Source of the DNA: Amoebophrya sp. A120
Lineage: Eukaryota; Protista; Dinoflagellata
DNA length: 64,000 nucleotides
Assembly (NCBI GenBank): GCA_905178155.1
Contig: CAJINV010000002.1
Coordinates: forward strand, 3,663,838-3,727,837
Direction: 5' to 3'
The notes beneath the pieces were generated by a model, which worked only from the letters and a program-made list of their open reading frames with translations, did no database searches and was not told the DNA's origin. The position numbers were made by a program, and so were the translations under genes. Positions within the stretch are counted from its first letter, which is position 1, and each line of letters opens with the position of its first letter. This document shows positions 1 through 15,000 of the stretch, one piece after another.

Positions 1-91
1 GACCTGGGAGTCTTCCTTTTCCGGTGGGCACACCCCCGATAGCCGAGAACGGGAGGAGAACGCAATAGCGCACTACGAACGGCAGAAAAAT

Positions 92-3000
92 TTGTTTTTT
101 CTCTCTCCGCCGCCGGTTACGGAGGTTTCTCGTTCTCCACAGAAGGCAACACGGAAGAACATCTTTCAAGATTTTTTTGACGCGCCGCCGAAGGATCATC
201 AACTACATTTGAAGTACAACAAAAGCGCTGCTCGGTTAGCGTCTAACCAGGGTCACCAACAGCCGCCTTTCGCAGGTCGTACTTCTACGCGCGATCGGAA
301 GTTCAACGGCAACAACATGATGAAAAAGTACACGGAGGGCCAGCACGTCATGGCTAAGAAGGACGAAGAAAGCGACCACGGGAGTAGCAGTGACAGTGGG
401 TCGTGGGGGCTCGAAGGGCACGAATCGGAGTCGGAAAGCGGCAACGACGTCGTCCCAACCCCCGCGCTATGCATTGCAAATATGTCTGGGTCTGGAAGGT
501 TGCAACTTGTGATGCTGTGTCTGGATTCTAGAAAGAGTTGTATTGCATGACCAGCAAGAGGAGTCCAGTTTGTGCTACGCGGGGAGGGCATTTGTCGTGC
601 GGAATAGGCATCAGGAAGCCTTCTGGAAGTCTGTGATGCTAGGCTCTGCATTACAGGTGTCATGGACCATGCAAAACACGCATGACAAACGTTGCATTCT
701 TCCAGACCCAGACATATTTGCAATTGATACGCGTCGGAGGTGAAAGGAGATTTATCGGATGTTGACGATGCAGCAGCTCCGGCTTTGCCGAAGATGAACC
801 AACAAGGACAGCAGCAACTTGATGGCGGCGCGCCGGCAAGCTCGTCGTCCTCAGCTGCTGCTCCGGCTTTGACTGAGAACAGCGTCGCGAAACGACCACA
901 GGCGAACAAAGGAGAGGACAGCAGTGGCGGGAATGATGATGAAAACGATGAGAACAACAAACATGATACTACTAACAACGGCGCTAGCGCGGGAGAGGGA
1001 ACGGGCGAAAAGAACGGCGGGAAAGATCAAGACACTAGTGGGGGTTCAGGCATTGGAGGGGGTCAGGGAAGCAGTGGTGGCGGAAAAGATGGTAGTAATA
1101 CGAGGATAGTCGAAAATATTTTTTTGATTTTGACATCTTTCTGCAGCGGAACAGCCCCTGCCTCGTGCCACTGATTTTGTTTTTAGCATTAGGTTTTGCG
1201 CAGAATGAAGCCTCATGACATCAAAACATTCGCTTTACCTTACCAATTCTACAGGTGGTGACGACGAGGAGGACGGCGAAGATGATAAAAAGGGAGGTAA
1301 AAAGAACACCAGCACCCCGGAAGTGGAACCAGAGGACGATGAGGAGGACGAGTTACGAATTTGTGAAAAATTTTTAGAGCTGACACGACACGACGATTAA
1401 TTTTTCACACCCCGAGGACATGAAAAATCCTCGACCGAAGCTGTAGCTGCACAAAGTTCGTATGATCCTGCATGGTGCGCACAACCGCTAGCGGAGCATT
1501 TCATGTCTAGTATGAAGTACAAGTGGATTTTTAATTCTTTTTTTGCATCATGAAGAGGACGCACCTTCTGCTCGCTCCTCACATCGAAAAGACGGATTTG
1601 TGAAGGTGGAAACCGTTATGTTCTACAGCTCGACTCATTTTTCGCACTTCATATTGTGAAGAAGAGCAAAAGAAAACAAAGAAGCCTAAGCTAGACAGCA
1701 GTGACAGTGGGTCCAAGAAGATGATGAAAAAGGCTGTGACGCAAGACAACGACGCAGCCCCAATGGACGTGGACGATGATGTTGGGGGTACTATGATTGA
1801 GAACGATGGAGGTAACAAAGCCCAAGATGAAAACAGCCCGGAGAATGATGTTCTTGTCACCAACAAGATGGAAACTACGGATATTATTGACACGAACAAG
1901 TCGGCACCCCCTGCACCTGCTACGGCGATTAAATCTGGTGCTCTTTCTTCGAAAAAAACCACTCCGCCTGCGCCCGCTAGCGGACCGCCTTCTTCTGGGG
2001 ACAAGAACGTGAATAATAAGACGAGCAGTGGCGAGAAAAATATGATCAAAGACAAGAAGAACAAACCGGGGGCTCGTCCTGGTGCTGGAGCCAATAATAT
2101 GGTCAAAGCGATGAAGACCTCCGCCGCTGCAGCAGGTCCCGCTGCAAATAAAACCGGTAGTTCTGGTGGTCCTTCTTATGCTGCGCAAAAGTATCGTACT
2201 AGTAGAAATCGCATGACAAATTCTTTCAGCATGAGAAATGGAATTTGTAATGCGGATCTGCCATAACAAAGGAATCTGTAATGCATGATTGCGATTAGTA
2301 CGGTACTTTTGCAGAGGATACTTCTGCTGCGGAAACCAAGAAGAAAACCCCACCTTCGACCTCGACTGGGGGGTCGGGAAACGAAATATGCATTGGAAAT
2401 ATGTCTGGGTCTGGAAGACTCTGAGCTTGTCACGCACGTTTTGCATGAGCCATGATGTCTGTGATGCATGCCCTAGCGTCACAGATTTTTTGCGGGCTTC
2501 AGCTTCTTGATGCCTCTTCCGCATGACAAATGCTTTCTCTGCGTAGCAAAAATTGCATTCCCTTTGCTGCTCATGCAATACAGACTTTTTTGGAATCCAA
2601 ATGCAGCATCACAAGTTCCGTCCTCCCAGACCCAGACATATTTGCACTCCATACGAAAAGAAGGCGGGCAAGAACGCGGTCGGGATCAAAAAACAGCAAA
2701 CCAACGGCGCTGTGAAAAAAGTAAATGCTGGAGGTAAAAATGGGAACAAGACCACTGCTGCTGCTGCTGCTGCGACTTCTTCTGGACCACAGGTCGTGGA
2801 GCTGCCCGCGGCTACTGCAACTGGTGCGAAGAAGAAAATCAGTCCGACAGGTGGAGGTGAGAAAGACAAGAACGTCACTGGGTCGAAGACTGAGGGAGAA
2901 ATGAAAAATTCGGGTAAGAACAAAAATTACCCGAAAGAGCAAAGTGTTGCTGCTGCACCGCCTCCTGGTGGTGAAAATACACAGCAAAAGGTGAAAGAGA

Positions 3001-6000
3001 ACAAGCAAGGTGTAGCTCCAAAGAATAAGCAAGTCATGCCTGGCACAGCGATTGCTGCAGAAAAGAAGCAAGGATCAAAGAAGACGGTCGCGGGTACTGC
3101 GCTGAAGGAAAAGAATAACGACAACAAAAAACTTCTCGCTGCGGCAGGAGGTGCAGTTAAGAGTAATGCGAAGATTGGTGCGGTCGCTGGTACGTCGGCT
3201 GGTGCTCCGGCCGAGGCCAATATTAAAACCGCTGCTACCGTAAAAACCGGGCAGCCAAACAAGAAGCCTGCTAGTACGACCAACCCGGCCGTTGCTGCCG
3301 GAGGCACAACTGGTGAGAAGGAGAAAGCAAATAAGACCAATTCGAAAAAAACCACGACCGGCGAGCCGGGTACAACAGTTTCTACTGCTGATAAGAAAGG
3401 AGCCACGACTGCAGGTCCTGTGACCACTTCTAAGACCAGTTCGAAGACCACAGGTGCAACTACGACTGGAGCAACCACTTCTATTGCTGCACCAACCGGA
3501 ACAGCGAGTAAGAAGCCTGCTGCCGTCGTGCCACCTACCGGGGGTGCTAAAGAGGCTCCGGCAGCTTCTGTCACGACGACCAAAACTGATAAGTCTGCAA
3601 CTACGTCGACTAATGCAGCTGCCCCAGCGGGCACTTCTGCTGCTTCGTCTAAGCAGGTGGTACTAAAAACAGGCGGAACCGCTGCGGATGGGCCCTCGAA
3701 GAAAGGCAAGCCGGAAGAACTCCAGGAGTGGGTCCACGTTAAAAAGCACGTTCTAGACAAGGAAACGGGGCAGATGAAGATTGTAACGTTTAGAAGGCCG
3801 AAGGACCTCCACGAGAAAAAAGAAAAGGCAAAGCGTCTCGCTGCAGCTACTTCTAGTACGGCGAAAAAGGATGTTGGTGCGAAGGCAAACAATGTTGAAG
3901 AACAGCGAAATAAAAAAACTACTGCAACTACTTCTACTACGGAGATTAACAAGAACCTGAAACGACCGGCTACCGCTGTTGCCGGCGACGAGAAGAATCC
4001 GAAAATAGCAAAGAAGGAAGCCGCGGCGATGTTGAAACCAAGCAGCTCTGGAGGCAGTTGTGACAAGACCAAAATCTCATCTTCTTCCGGGGCTGCAGCT
4101 GGTAATAATTCTACGGCCGTAAAATCCAAGACAATATTGGACAAGAATGGGAACAAGATCGTGAAGAAGCAAACTGCTAATGCTATCCCGGGAACGGCGG
4201 CAAAACCTGGCAAATCTGCAGAACAGCAAAAGCAAAAGAACAAGGCTGCAAAAAGTAGTAGTGCCACCACTGCCATGAATGCCGCCGCAGCGGCGATTGC
4301 GAAGCCGGGAGCTTCGGGCACAACTAGTGCCATTCAAACCACTTCTTCTGCAGATGGGCCTCGCGTGGAAAAGACCAGCAGCTCGGGGGCGAGTAGTGGC
4401 ACTGCAAAAGAGGACCCCGCACCGGAACAAGAGGAACCGCCCGCAGATGATTTATCCACTGCGGAGATTCTTCTTCAAAAGACTTCCAGCACGACGTCAT
4501 CGCAGAAAAAGAAACACGACCAGGAGACCACGGCTGTGAACATCAAAGCGGAAAGAGAAAAGAATGCTGCGAACGATGAAAAAGAAAACACTGCCACTAC
4601 GCAGGTAGAAGTGGCTTCGAATAAAGTAAAGAAAAAGCAAGTCGGTTTCTCAGCGGAAGTAGAGGAACATGAGCAAAAGAAGGTGATCGTGAAAAAAATG
4701 ACCAAACCCACCGGTAAAGCAGACCCTCACAAGCGGGAGAAATCCATGGGAAGACTCAGGTTCGAGAAAGACGCCCTGAAAAGCAAGGCTAGTGCTGGAC
4801 AAACTGCTGCTGAATCCAGCACGACCACAACAGCGGCTACTGCCGGTACTGGTCTCACTGATGGGGAACAAACTACAGCCGCTGCGGCGGAGCTTCTACA
4901 GGTGGAATCTACTGCTATCGATGCTGCGTCGAGCAAGGTAAAAAGCGACGGCGAGGAGAAAAAGACTAAAGCCCTCGAAGACAACAACAAACCCAGCGCG
5001 GCCGAGATGACGGAGCCGAAAGCTGTAGCGACCCTGAATAGTAGTACCTCCTACACCCTCCCACCGGTCGGGGCCACGGTCAAATTAGACGCGATTTGGT
5101 ACAGTGACCCGGACCACAAGGACGGTGGGGAGTACTATAACAGTGAAGAAGATTGGGACTGGGTGGTCGTCTCCACTTTGCGCAACGGGTACATTTTGAT
5201 TGCGAAACTGATTTCGCACGAGACCGTCACCGGCTGCGAAACCTATTCGGGTACTGTGGAGGGCAGTGTGGAGGGGGAAACGAAGCAAATCACACTGTAC
5301 GAGGCCGGGCCGCTCGGTTTCGTCGACGAGGGCAGCAACGGGCACGATGAAACGGACATCACCAGTGGAACGCTTATACCGCAGGGGGTGGCGAGATTGG
5401 GACTGGTAGAATCAGAAATTTTTTGTCGTGGGTCATGAAAAATTTTCAGGAAGGCACGATGATGACCGATTGAATACAATAGTTTTGTTTTGGAGTTATT
5501 GAAAATCTTTAATGAAATAGTATGTTTTTACCGAACAGGAACAACCTACATTTTCCAATTTTCACATTCACCTTTCTCAACAACAGAAAATCATCCGGGC
5601 CAAGGACGTAGAGGTGTGTATGGAGAACCGCGCACCCAGTTTCGCGCTCGCGCGAGCCGTGCGAGACAAGTTTGGCTTCCTTGCCAACTTGAACCAGACC
5701 CTTTTAGCGAAGTACACGATGCTGGAAGCCTTAAAGCGCATTTGCGATTTGCGGATTCGCGAGTTGACGAAGAAGCATGAGAAATTCAGAAACAGCACGT
5801 ATGCATTGCAAATATGTCTGGGTCTGGAAAAAGTGGGATTTGTGATGCTAACTGTCGACGATAGAAAAATCTGTATTGCATGAGAAGCAAAAGGTGCTGG
5901 AATTTTTGCCACGACCCGGAGAGGGCATTTCTCATGCAGAATAAGCATTAGCAAGGTTTTGCGAGAATTGTGATGCTACCGCATGCATCACAGGCCTCGT

Positions 6001-9000
6001 GGATCATGTACAATTGTGCATAACAAACTCCCCGAATGCTCCAGACCCAAACATTTTTGCATTTGATAGCACGACAATGAAAACAATGACGTCGACGGAA
6101 TTATGTGAACGCCGGGACAACTGGCGCATGCTGAAAATCTGGACAATCAGGCTGAAGTTTCTGCAGCGGGAACTGAAACCCTTGGAGAATTTGTCGGAGG
6201 ATTTGCAGTATCAAATGCAAAAATGTCTGGGTCTGCAAGGACCAGGATGCAAGTTTGTCATGCTTGTCTCACATGACTCTTAAACCTGTAATGCGTGAGC
6301 AGGAAAAGGGCCTCCTACCTGTCATGCAAAAATGTAGTTTGTCATGCGGAAAGCGAAACACAAAGGAGCCCAGAAACTTGTCCTGCGTGGCTGCCTATAG
6401 CAGTGTCCACACAATTCATGAATTAGCATCACAAATTTCCAGACCCAGACATATTTGCAATGCATATGCAGGCAAAGAGAAACGTCGGCGAGTACATCCA
6501 CGAAGAGAAACAGCACCCCCGGACGCACTTGTCCACGAAAGACGAGTACATCGAGAGGTACAAGGACGAAAAAACCGGCAAAGACGAGGAGAAGGAAAGC
6601 CCGTTGCTGCCGCTCACGGAAGCGTTTATGGAGGCGTTTGACTACCGGTTTCGGGACGCGGATTGGCTGACGCATTTCGAAGGTAATAACTTTCAGCAAA
6701 CGGAGATTGACGAGATGGCGAAGTTATGCATTGCAAAAGTATGCTGATCGTACTAGCTACTAGTGGAAACATCACAAATTTCCTCAGCATGAAGAGCGGA
6801 ATTTGTGGTAATTATGCGGGTTGTTCATTACCTTAAGGAAGGGATTTGTAATGCGTGGGCCACAATTAGTACGACGAGCAGGAGTATTTTGCAATGCATA
6901 GAATTACGTCCTCTGCGAGGACAATAAGGAGGAGGCGAAGCGCCGCGACGAATACCCGCACAAGGAAATAGCAGACATAGACGCGATGCTGGACGAGAAG
7001 GCGCAGTTGCAAGAAAACGTGGATTACCACGTCCGCTACGACGCCAAAACCTACAACAAATTCTTCACCCATCACGGCGAAAACCGGGAGAAATTCGGGA
7101 AGTTTGAGGAGAACAGCAAGTTGAAAAACTTCTGCGTCGACGAAAATAAGTGGAAGGGGCAAGATTATGAAAAGTGGGTCGCGGATATCAAATGTAAAAA
7201 TGTCTGGGTCTGGAAGATTGCGAGATTTGTCATGCATATTTCGGATCACGCAAATGGCGTCTGATGCAGGCAAAAGCATCACAGGTTTTGAACACGCCTC
7301 ATGATGCCTGTCCCGCATCAGAAACTTCCTACTTGCGTGCCAAGAAGTGGACAGCTTTTGGCGCTCATGCAACACAAATTTTTGTGTGTTCCAGAGATTG
7401 CATCACAAGTTCCAACCCTTCCAGACCCAGACATTTTTACATTTGATAGCGGAGTACCTGCCGCAGTTCGAGGACTTCCGCAGTGAAATTTCGGTATGAC
7501 AGTGCACAGCTCCCCCTCCCTCTCATTTGTATTGCATGAACAGGAATACAAACGCCAGCGACCCTGGAGCTTGTGCATCACAAATTTATCAATGTAAGTA
7601 CCTACTGTAGTACTGTTTGGGCTTTTGAAGTTTGTCATGCAAACAGTGCCACACGGACGCGACTGAATTTGGGACTTTGCATGACAAAGGAGGGGGAGGG
7701 GGAGTTGTGCGCTGTCATATTCGGAGACGGACTACCAAGACCTGATTGACGACTACAACGACGAAGAGGAAATGCTTTTGCACGGCTGTTATCCTGTGCA
7801 AAAGTATCGTACATGTAGAAATTGCAATCATGCATCACAAATTTTTTTCTCAAGGTAAATCCGCATTACAAATTCAATTTGTAATGCTAAGCCAATTTGT
7901 AATGCAATTTATACTAGTACGATTCTTTTGCAGTCCATAGCTGCCCACTCGACACCCAGTTCACGAGTTTGACCGCGATCTTACCAAATGCAAATATGTC
8001 TGGCTCTGGAAGAGTGAAACTTGTGATGCTGGCTTTGGTTCCTACATAAAGTCTGTACTGCATCAACAGCAAGAGAGGTCCAGTTTTTGCTACGCGGAAA
8101 GGGCATTTCTCATGCGGTATGGGCATCACAAGGCCCTCATAAAATCTGTGATGCTAACGCATGCAAAATAGAGACCATGGGTCATGCAAAATGTGCATGA
8201 CAAACTTTGCACTCTTCCAGACCCAGACATGTTTGCAATTCATAGATCTTGCGGCTCCGCGACGCCGCGCTCGAGGGTGGGAAGAGCACAAGAATTAGCC
8301 GGGACAGCGGGGAGCCGCGGCTGCAGGACTTCACGACCCTGTGCAAGGAAAAAGAAGAGGAAAAGCAATTGCTACTCAACGCCTGCGAACCGACGGAAGA
8401 CGGACTGTTGGTTCACGTCCCCACCGGTGAGATAAAAGACCCGGAAGCGATGTTTTCGCCCGAAAAAGTTTTACACTCCCGCGCGGTCATCGTACCCCCG
8501 CGCATGGACCCGAAGCCCCACTCAAAGAAAGTCCCGGCGGCTTTTTATCCTGTGCAAAAGCATCGTATTCGTATTGCAATCATGCACTACAAATCTTTCT
8601 CTTAAGGTAAATCAGCATTACAAATTTTACTTCTCGTGCTGAGGAAATTTGTAATGCATTTATACCAGTGCGATACTTTTGCAATTCATAATTTTGAAAA
8701 CGGAACCATTTACGACTTCGCGCTCGCCTTCGATTTACCCGCCGACGAGGCGTTCTTGGAACCTTTATTACAGTGAAAAATGCCCCCACCCCAGAGTTGT
8801 CATGCAGAATCACAACCGCAGGAAAACTTGTAATGCGCATCCCCCATGAGAGGCATTTTGAATCGTGTTATGCAATTTGTGATGCTGTAACGAGGATACC
8901 AGGATGGCTTTGTGATGCGGTTGTCCTTGCTAACCCGCATTACAATACAGAGAAAAACTTGTCATGCGTGACTCCGAAAACTTCTGGATCTGTGTTGCAG

Positions 9001-12000
9001 AGGTCCCATCTTAACTCTGGGGAGGTGGGGGCGTTTTTACACAGGATAACCCTGGATGCGTCATTACAGCGAGCAGAATTTCGAAGCATTGATGGAGCCG
9101 TTGGTCGATGAGGGAGAGAGTGTGTTGGCGTACAAAAAGAAGATTGGCGATACCATCTTCAATTTCACCATGCACTGGCGGAAAGTCATCGAGCGAATGC
9201 GCTTGCTGGTACAGTTTTTTCAAAGTGTTTTAGTCTACCGAATAAATCTGTTGTTAGATTTTTTACGGTGTTGTAACAGCTTAGATCGACGCGTGGTCAA
9301 CATGAGGAACAAATTTATGAACATTCTTCATTTCACCGCAGGTCCGCAGCAACTTGATCTTTCAAGAGGTCTACAAGTACTAGTATCAAATGCAGAATCA
9401 CAACCAGACTTCTACTCTAGCGTAAGATACCACATGAGCGCCGACTTCCGATGCATATTAGGTCCGTGTTTTGCATAGCTGTCACCGCCCCAGGAGGCAT
9501 GGGGCCGACAAGTTCGCCTAAGACAGATGCTTGTTCATTTGCGGCCTTCTTTGCAATTACATGATGTTGCCGGACTTCTACATCTAATCCTAATGCGGTA
9601 GGAGCGGTTATTAATAAAACGGTATTACATCATGCTAGTAAATGAAGATTTTGTTCTGCTTGTCCCTCTTCATACCAACCCGCGCGGAATGGCGCAGGAG
9701 GAGGGGTATCCTGAGTAAAACTGTCCCCACACTAGAGCCAAGATGGGAAATCCGCTAGACAAATCAGCCACCTCTGGTTGTTTCGCATGACAAGTTTGTC
9801 CTCGTGGTGTAGTCGTGTTTAGCTAGTTCCGAAGCGTCGCAGATCTCGCGTATCGTGCTGATTCTAGCATCGCAAACTCCACAACAGAACTAGAAAATGG
9901 CTCTCATGGGGGTCCGCATGTGAAACTTTTTTGGCATGACAACTCTGGGGCGGGGACATTTTTACTCAGGATAAGGGTGACCCGGAAATCATACCAACCA
10001 CCGACGAGACCGGCAGGTTGATCGACGACCTTCACCAGCGCATCGACTACAGCATGCTGAAAAAGCGGATTCTGCTCCACGATATGAGCTGCAAAAGCAT
10101 CGTACTAGTAGTAATTGCATTACAAATTACCTCAGCATGACAACTGGAATTTGTCATGCTGTTTTACCTTGGGATGGAGATTTGCAATGCATAATTGCAA
10201 TTACTACGGTACGAGTGCGATACTTTTGCACTGGATACGCGACTTGACCATGCAGTTCGTGAAAAAGCACGGAGCGTTGACCCCCGAGCAAGCCCAGTTA
10301 CGGCGCGAAGCCGCCCAGGACGTGGACCTGTACCACCAGGGAGGGATTCCGAAGTATGTATTGCAAATGTGTCTGGGTCTGGAAACCTGTGATGCTAAAG
10401 TATGGATGAGTCTGGTGCTGTAAAGTGCAGCCAAGCATGACAAAGTTCTTTGACGCCGTCGCCGTCTGATGCGTAGCACGCATGACAAACTGCGTCTTTA
10501 CGTGACACAAAAAAGTAACGCCTTTGATCCTGGGTAATATGCAACACAGATTTGTCAGGAATGCTAGACATGCAACACAAGTTTCACTTTTTCAGACCCA
10601 GATGACATATTTGCGTTTGATACGAAGGAAATTCTGACGATTGAACAATTTGACGAACTGAAGGCGATATCCTGTGCAAAAGTATCATACTCGTATAAAT
10701 GCAAGTCTTGCATTGCAAATAAATCCGTCTTACAAATTTCATTTCTCATGCTGAGGGAATTTGTAATGCATTTATACGAGTGCGATACTTTTGCAATTCA
10801 TAGGCGAAAGAAAGAGCGGTCGAGGAAGCGGCAAGACTCGAGGAAGAGCGAATTGAAAAGGAGAAAGAGGAGCAGAAAAGATTGGAGGAACAAGAAAGGC
10901 TGGATGAAGAAAAAAGGCTGGAGGAAGAGAAGAGGCTACAGGAATTGGAGGCGTCCCGGCGCAATGAGGATCGTCGAAGCCGGGATAATTTTTACAAGAA
11001 CCGGAATAAAGACGACGACAGTGACGATGTGGTAATTCCGCGGATGACCAAAGACGAAATCTCGACGAACATCAGCCAAATTCTGTACCACAAGCCGGGA
11101 CCTCGCCGACCCGACCCGAACCACGACGTGGCCAGCGGTATGACCCTGATACAAAACACGACCAGTGGCGGAGGTAGTGGTCATCTTGGCGCGTTTGTTC
11201 CGCACCGTACTAATAGCGGCGGTTACAACGCAGACAGCCACAATACCAAGGGTGGTACTTCTACCCTGGACCTCCACGCCAAGGGTGGCGCCTTCCGGAA
11301 CCACCACAAGTACGGCTTCCAAGGAAACGAGCAGCCGAATTTGCTGATGTTTTACCCCCCGGGGTACCGACCGCTCTACCACGCTCAAAAACGGCATAAA
11401 GCGTCGCGGTCTGGAGGCGAGACTACGGCGTTCGATGATATTTGGGTTCCAGAGCAAAACAGCACCTACGTGAGCGTTTCGGAAATTCCAATATCAAATG
11501 TAAAAATGTCTGGGTCTGGAAGAATGCAAGATTTGTGATGCAGGTTTTCCATGACCCATGAGGTCTGGAATGCGAGACCCAGCATGACAGATTCTGCGAG
11601 ACCTTTCTAATGCCTATCCTGCATGAGAAACTACCTCCCGACTTGGTCAAAACTGGACGACTTTTGGTAATCATGCAACACAGATTTTTGCATGCTGCAG
11701 ATCTAGCATGACAAGTTGCAATCTTCCAGACCCAGACATTTTTACATTTGATATCCAACGATGTGCTACGACGATGCGTCCCGGGCGTACTACTTTCCGA
11801 GTGGTAACTATCACAGCAAAAAAGTGCTACAGTTACACACATAGTCTATGCAAGACCGGCAACACAGACAACCTTTCTCATGCAGGAAATGCTTGGGAGT
11901 CGCGTTTCCTTCCTGTTTTCCATTATGATCTCCGCATTACAAGTTTTCTGTGCCACACAGAGAAAATTTGTGATGCAGAAACTCCAACAAATGTGTAACT

Positions 12001-15000
12001 GTAACACTTTTTTCTCGTGATAGTAACCGCTTCAAGTGGCACGACCTCATCGGCGTCTCCATGCGGGGCCACGTCGTATGCAAGAAAAAAACTGTGTAAG
12101 TGTAAATTTGTGTTGCAGAAGATGCAACAGAGTTACACCTGTCATGCCAGACAGCCACGAAGTCCTCTTTTCATGTGTGTTTTCCCTTACAAGTAACGCA
12201 TGACAGGTTTTCTCTGTCATGTAGAGCAAATTTGTGATGCTGTTTTTCAATGAAAGTTACACTTACACACTTTTTTTCCTGGATACGTCGGGAAATTCGA
12301 CATGCACAAGTGCGACGTGATGTTTATCAACGTCGAGTTCACCAAACACGAGAAAGACGCGCATCTGTTTCCCCGGGAAGCGAGTGGGTGCTCCTTGTTC
12401 GTATGCGCTGCAAATATGTGTCTGGGTCTGGAAGAATGCGCGATTTGTCTGTCATGCTCGGCTAGCATGACTCTGAAACCTGTCATGCACATCACTCAAA
12501 AGCCTTACTTTTCTGTCATGCAAAAACGCAGTTTCTCATGCAGAATAGACAACACCTACACCTAGCACCTCAGGAACCTGTCATGCTAGAGCGCCAATCG
12601 TAGCGTTTCCTCAAGATTCGCCGACCAGCAACACAAGTTCTTTTCAGACCCAGACATATTTGCATTCGATAGTTCGGGCACATCACGGATTTACTGATCA
12701 AATCGGACAAACTGGACGAAAATGGGGAACCGAAATACTACGCGGACACGTACCGATATCGCAAGAAAAAACTGTTTCACTGTAAACTTGTAATGCAGAA
12801 CATGTATCTCAGAAGTGCTTGTCTTGCTACACATGCAAGACAGGCGATTTTTAGCTGTGTTTTCCCTGAGGAGCCTCGCATGGCAGGGTTTCCCTGTCGT
12901 GTAAAGCAAACTTGTGATGCAAAACTTGCAAAATCCTTCCAGTGAAACACTTTTTTCGTACGATAACCGAAGCAAGGACTCCTACATGAAAGAGGTCTTC
13001 ACCCGCCACACGGAAACGCAAGTTGAGTTCATCCTGGTTCGCGACGAGCTGAAGCCGCACCGCGTGAAAGCCAGCCGGATCAAAGTCCTTGACTATCCCA
13101 AAGACGGGCACCGGTATGCATTGCAAATATGTCTGGGTCTGAAAACCCCTGTCTGGGCGGGGTTGCGGCTTAAGGGAGAGTCTCGCCCCTTAACCAAAAG
13201 GGTGCGTCGTCTCTTCCGTGAGAACAAAAACTTATGGCGTAAAATGGGTCGGGTCCTGGATCGTTCTGTTTGTTGGGCTGTCGCGCTCGGCTAGCTGGCC
13301 GGGCTGTACTGATCAGGTGTGGTGGGTAGCTCCCGACTGGTCGGTACTTTTATTGGGGCGACTTGCCGTGGTAGCGCTCGGCTTTTGTATGATGAGGTCG
13401 CCGAAAGTGCTTCCTCGCCCACCCCCCGGGGAGGGGATCCTTGACCTGTGGCGCTGGGAGCGGGTGTCCACTACATGATGATGATGATGATGCAAGTCAG
13501 GGAACAATAAGTGAATTGTAATGCGCAGCCAAGCATGACAAGTTTTTTCATGCTTCTGTGCTGCGTATTCTGCATGAGAAACTGCGTTTTTGCATGACAG
13601 GCGAGAGAGGCTGTTCCTTCTTTGTGGTCACGCAATACAAAGTGCAGAGTCATGCCAGACTAGCATGACAACTCTTGCAATCTTCCAGACCCAGACATGT
13701 TTGCACTTGATAAACGGAGGTGGGCCACGAAATTGGACGAGAGGGAAGTCCCCTCGATGCGGCAGCAGGAGGAAGACGTGTGTCTCCAGAAGGAGAAAAT
13801 TTTAACGCAGTGGACCGCGCACGTGGAGCGCATGCACTACGTCGACTTTGTGAGCGGGAAAGGGGACCAGCAGTGCCCGGGGAATCCGCACTTGAAAACG
13901 ATGCCCAGCCCGATGCCGTTAAATCAAATCTACCGGGGAAGCATCCAGCGGATCATGCACAAAAGGTATCCTGTGTAAAAACGTTCTCACACCAGAATTG
14001 TCATGCAAATCTGCATGCTCAAAATGTAAATGTTTCTCATGCGGAGCCCCATGACAAGCGTTGTCTAGTCGTGTTTTGGAATTTGTAATGCTCGAGTCAG
14101 CATAATAGGCAAGATCTGTGATGCTGCTGAACAAGCTGAGCAGGAGTTTTACACTACGCGGCCAAACTTGTCATGCGCGTGAGCCTAACCTTGCTGATTT
14201 GTGTAACAGATTTCCTTTTTGACAATGGGAGGGGGACGTAGTTTTTCCTCAGGATATGAGGGACTGCTTCTTCATCGCCGAAAACTACCGGGAAGAGGAC
14301 CCGACCGGGGTCTGGACGCAAGACGTTTTCGGCCACATCAACGAGGTTTTTATTTGGTTTGCTTGGCGATGTTGATTTTCTTGCATTGGAAATTTATGAC
14401 CCAGTATCAATCAAAAATGGAATTCGACTTTGTGTCAAACTGCTGCGCCTATAATATTTACACCTCGGAATAGACTTGAAATGCAGTGTGCAAAAACTTG
14501 AAAACAAAATACCCAGTTCGACTCTCCCTTTGCCGTGCGTTTCCTGTCCGAGCGCACGATTGTGGAGTATGAACTTCGGCAGGATTGGAAGCGGCCGGAG
14601 CGCGTGATGGCCGCGCACATCAAGGTGATTGACAAACGGTTCACCGCGGAGCTCGCCACGCTGCACCGGGCCTTGGCGATCGAACGCGAGAAAGACGAGA
14701 AGGACCGGGGCATTCTATGACAGGGCATAACTCCCCCACCCCCTCATTTGTCGTGCAAAATCCCAATCCAGGCTGTGCCTCTTAGCACTGTGTGCATGAC
14801 AAGTTCTGGCAGCGGCAGCCCAAATCGCACTACAATCCTGTGCAAATTTGTCATGCAAAACCTGCATCCTCCCTGGCACTTGTATTGCCGTTCATGCTAT
14901 ACAAATGAGGGGCAGGGTGATTTGTGCACTCTCACACATTCGGTATAAGGACGACAAGGCCTACTATGACGAGCGAACTTATGGAAGCGTCAGGATTGAA

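Noticed and set aside
2927-4333. 468-aa minus-strand hydrophobic ORF
   Set aside because: Antisense shadow of the K/A/T-rich plus-strand exon.
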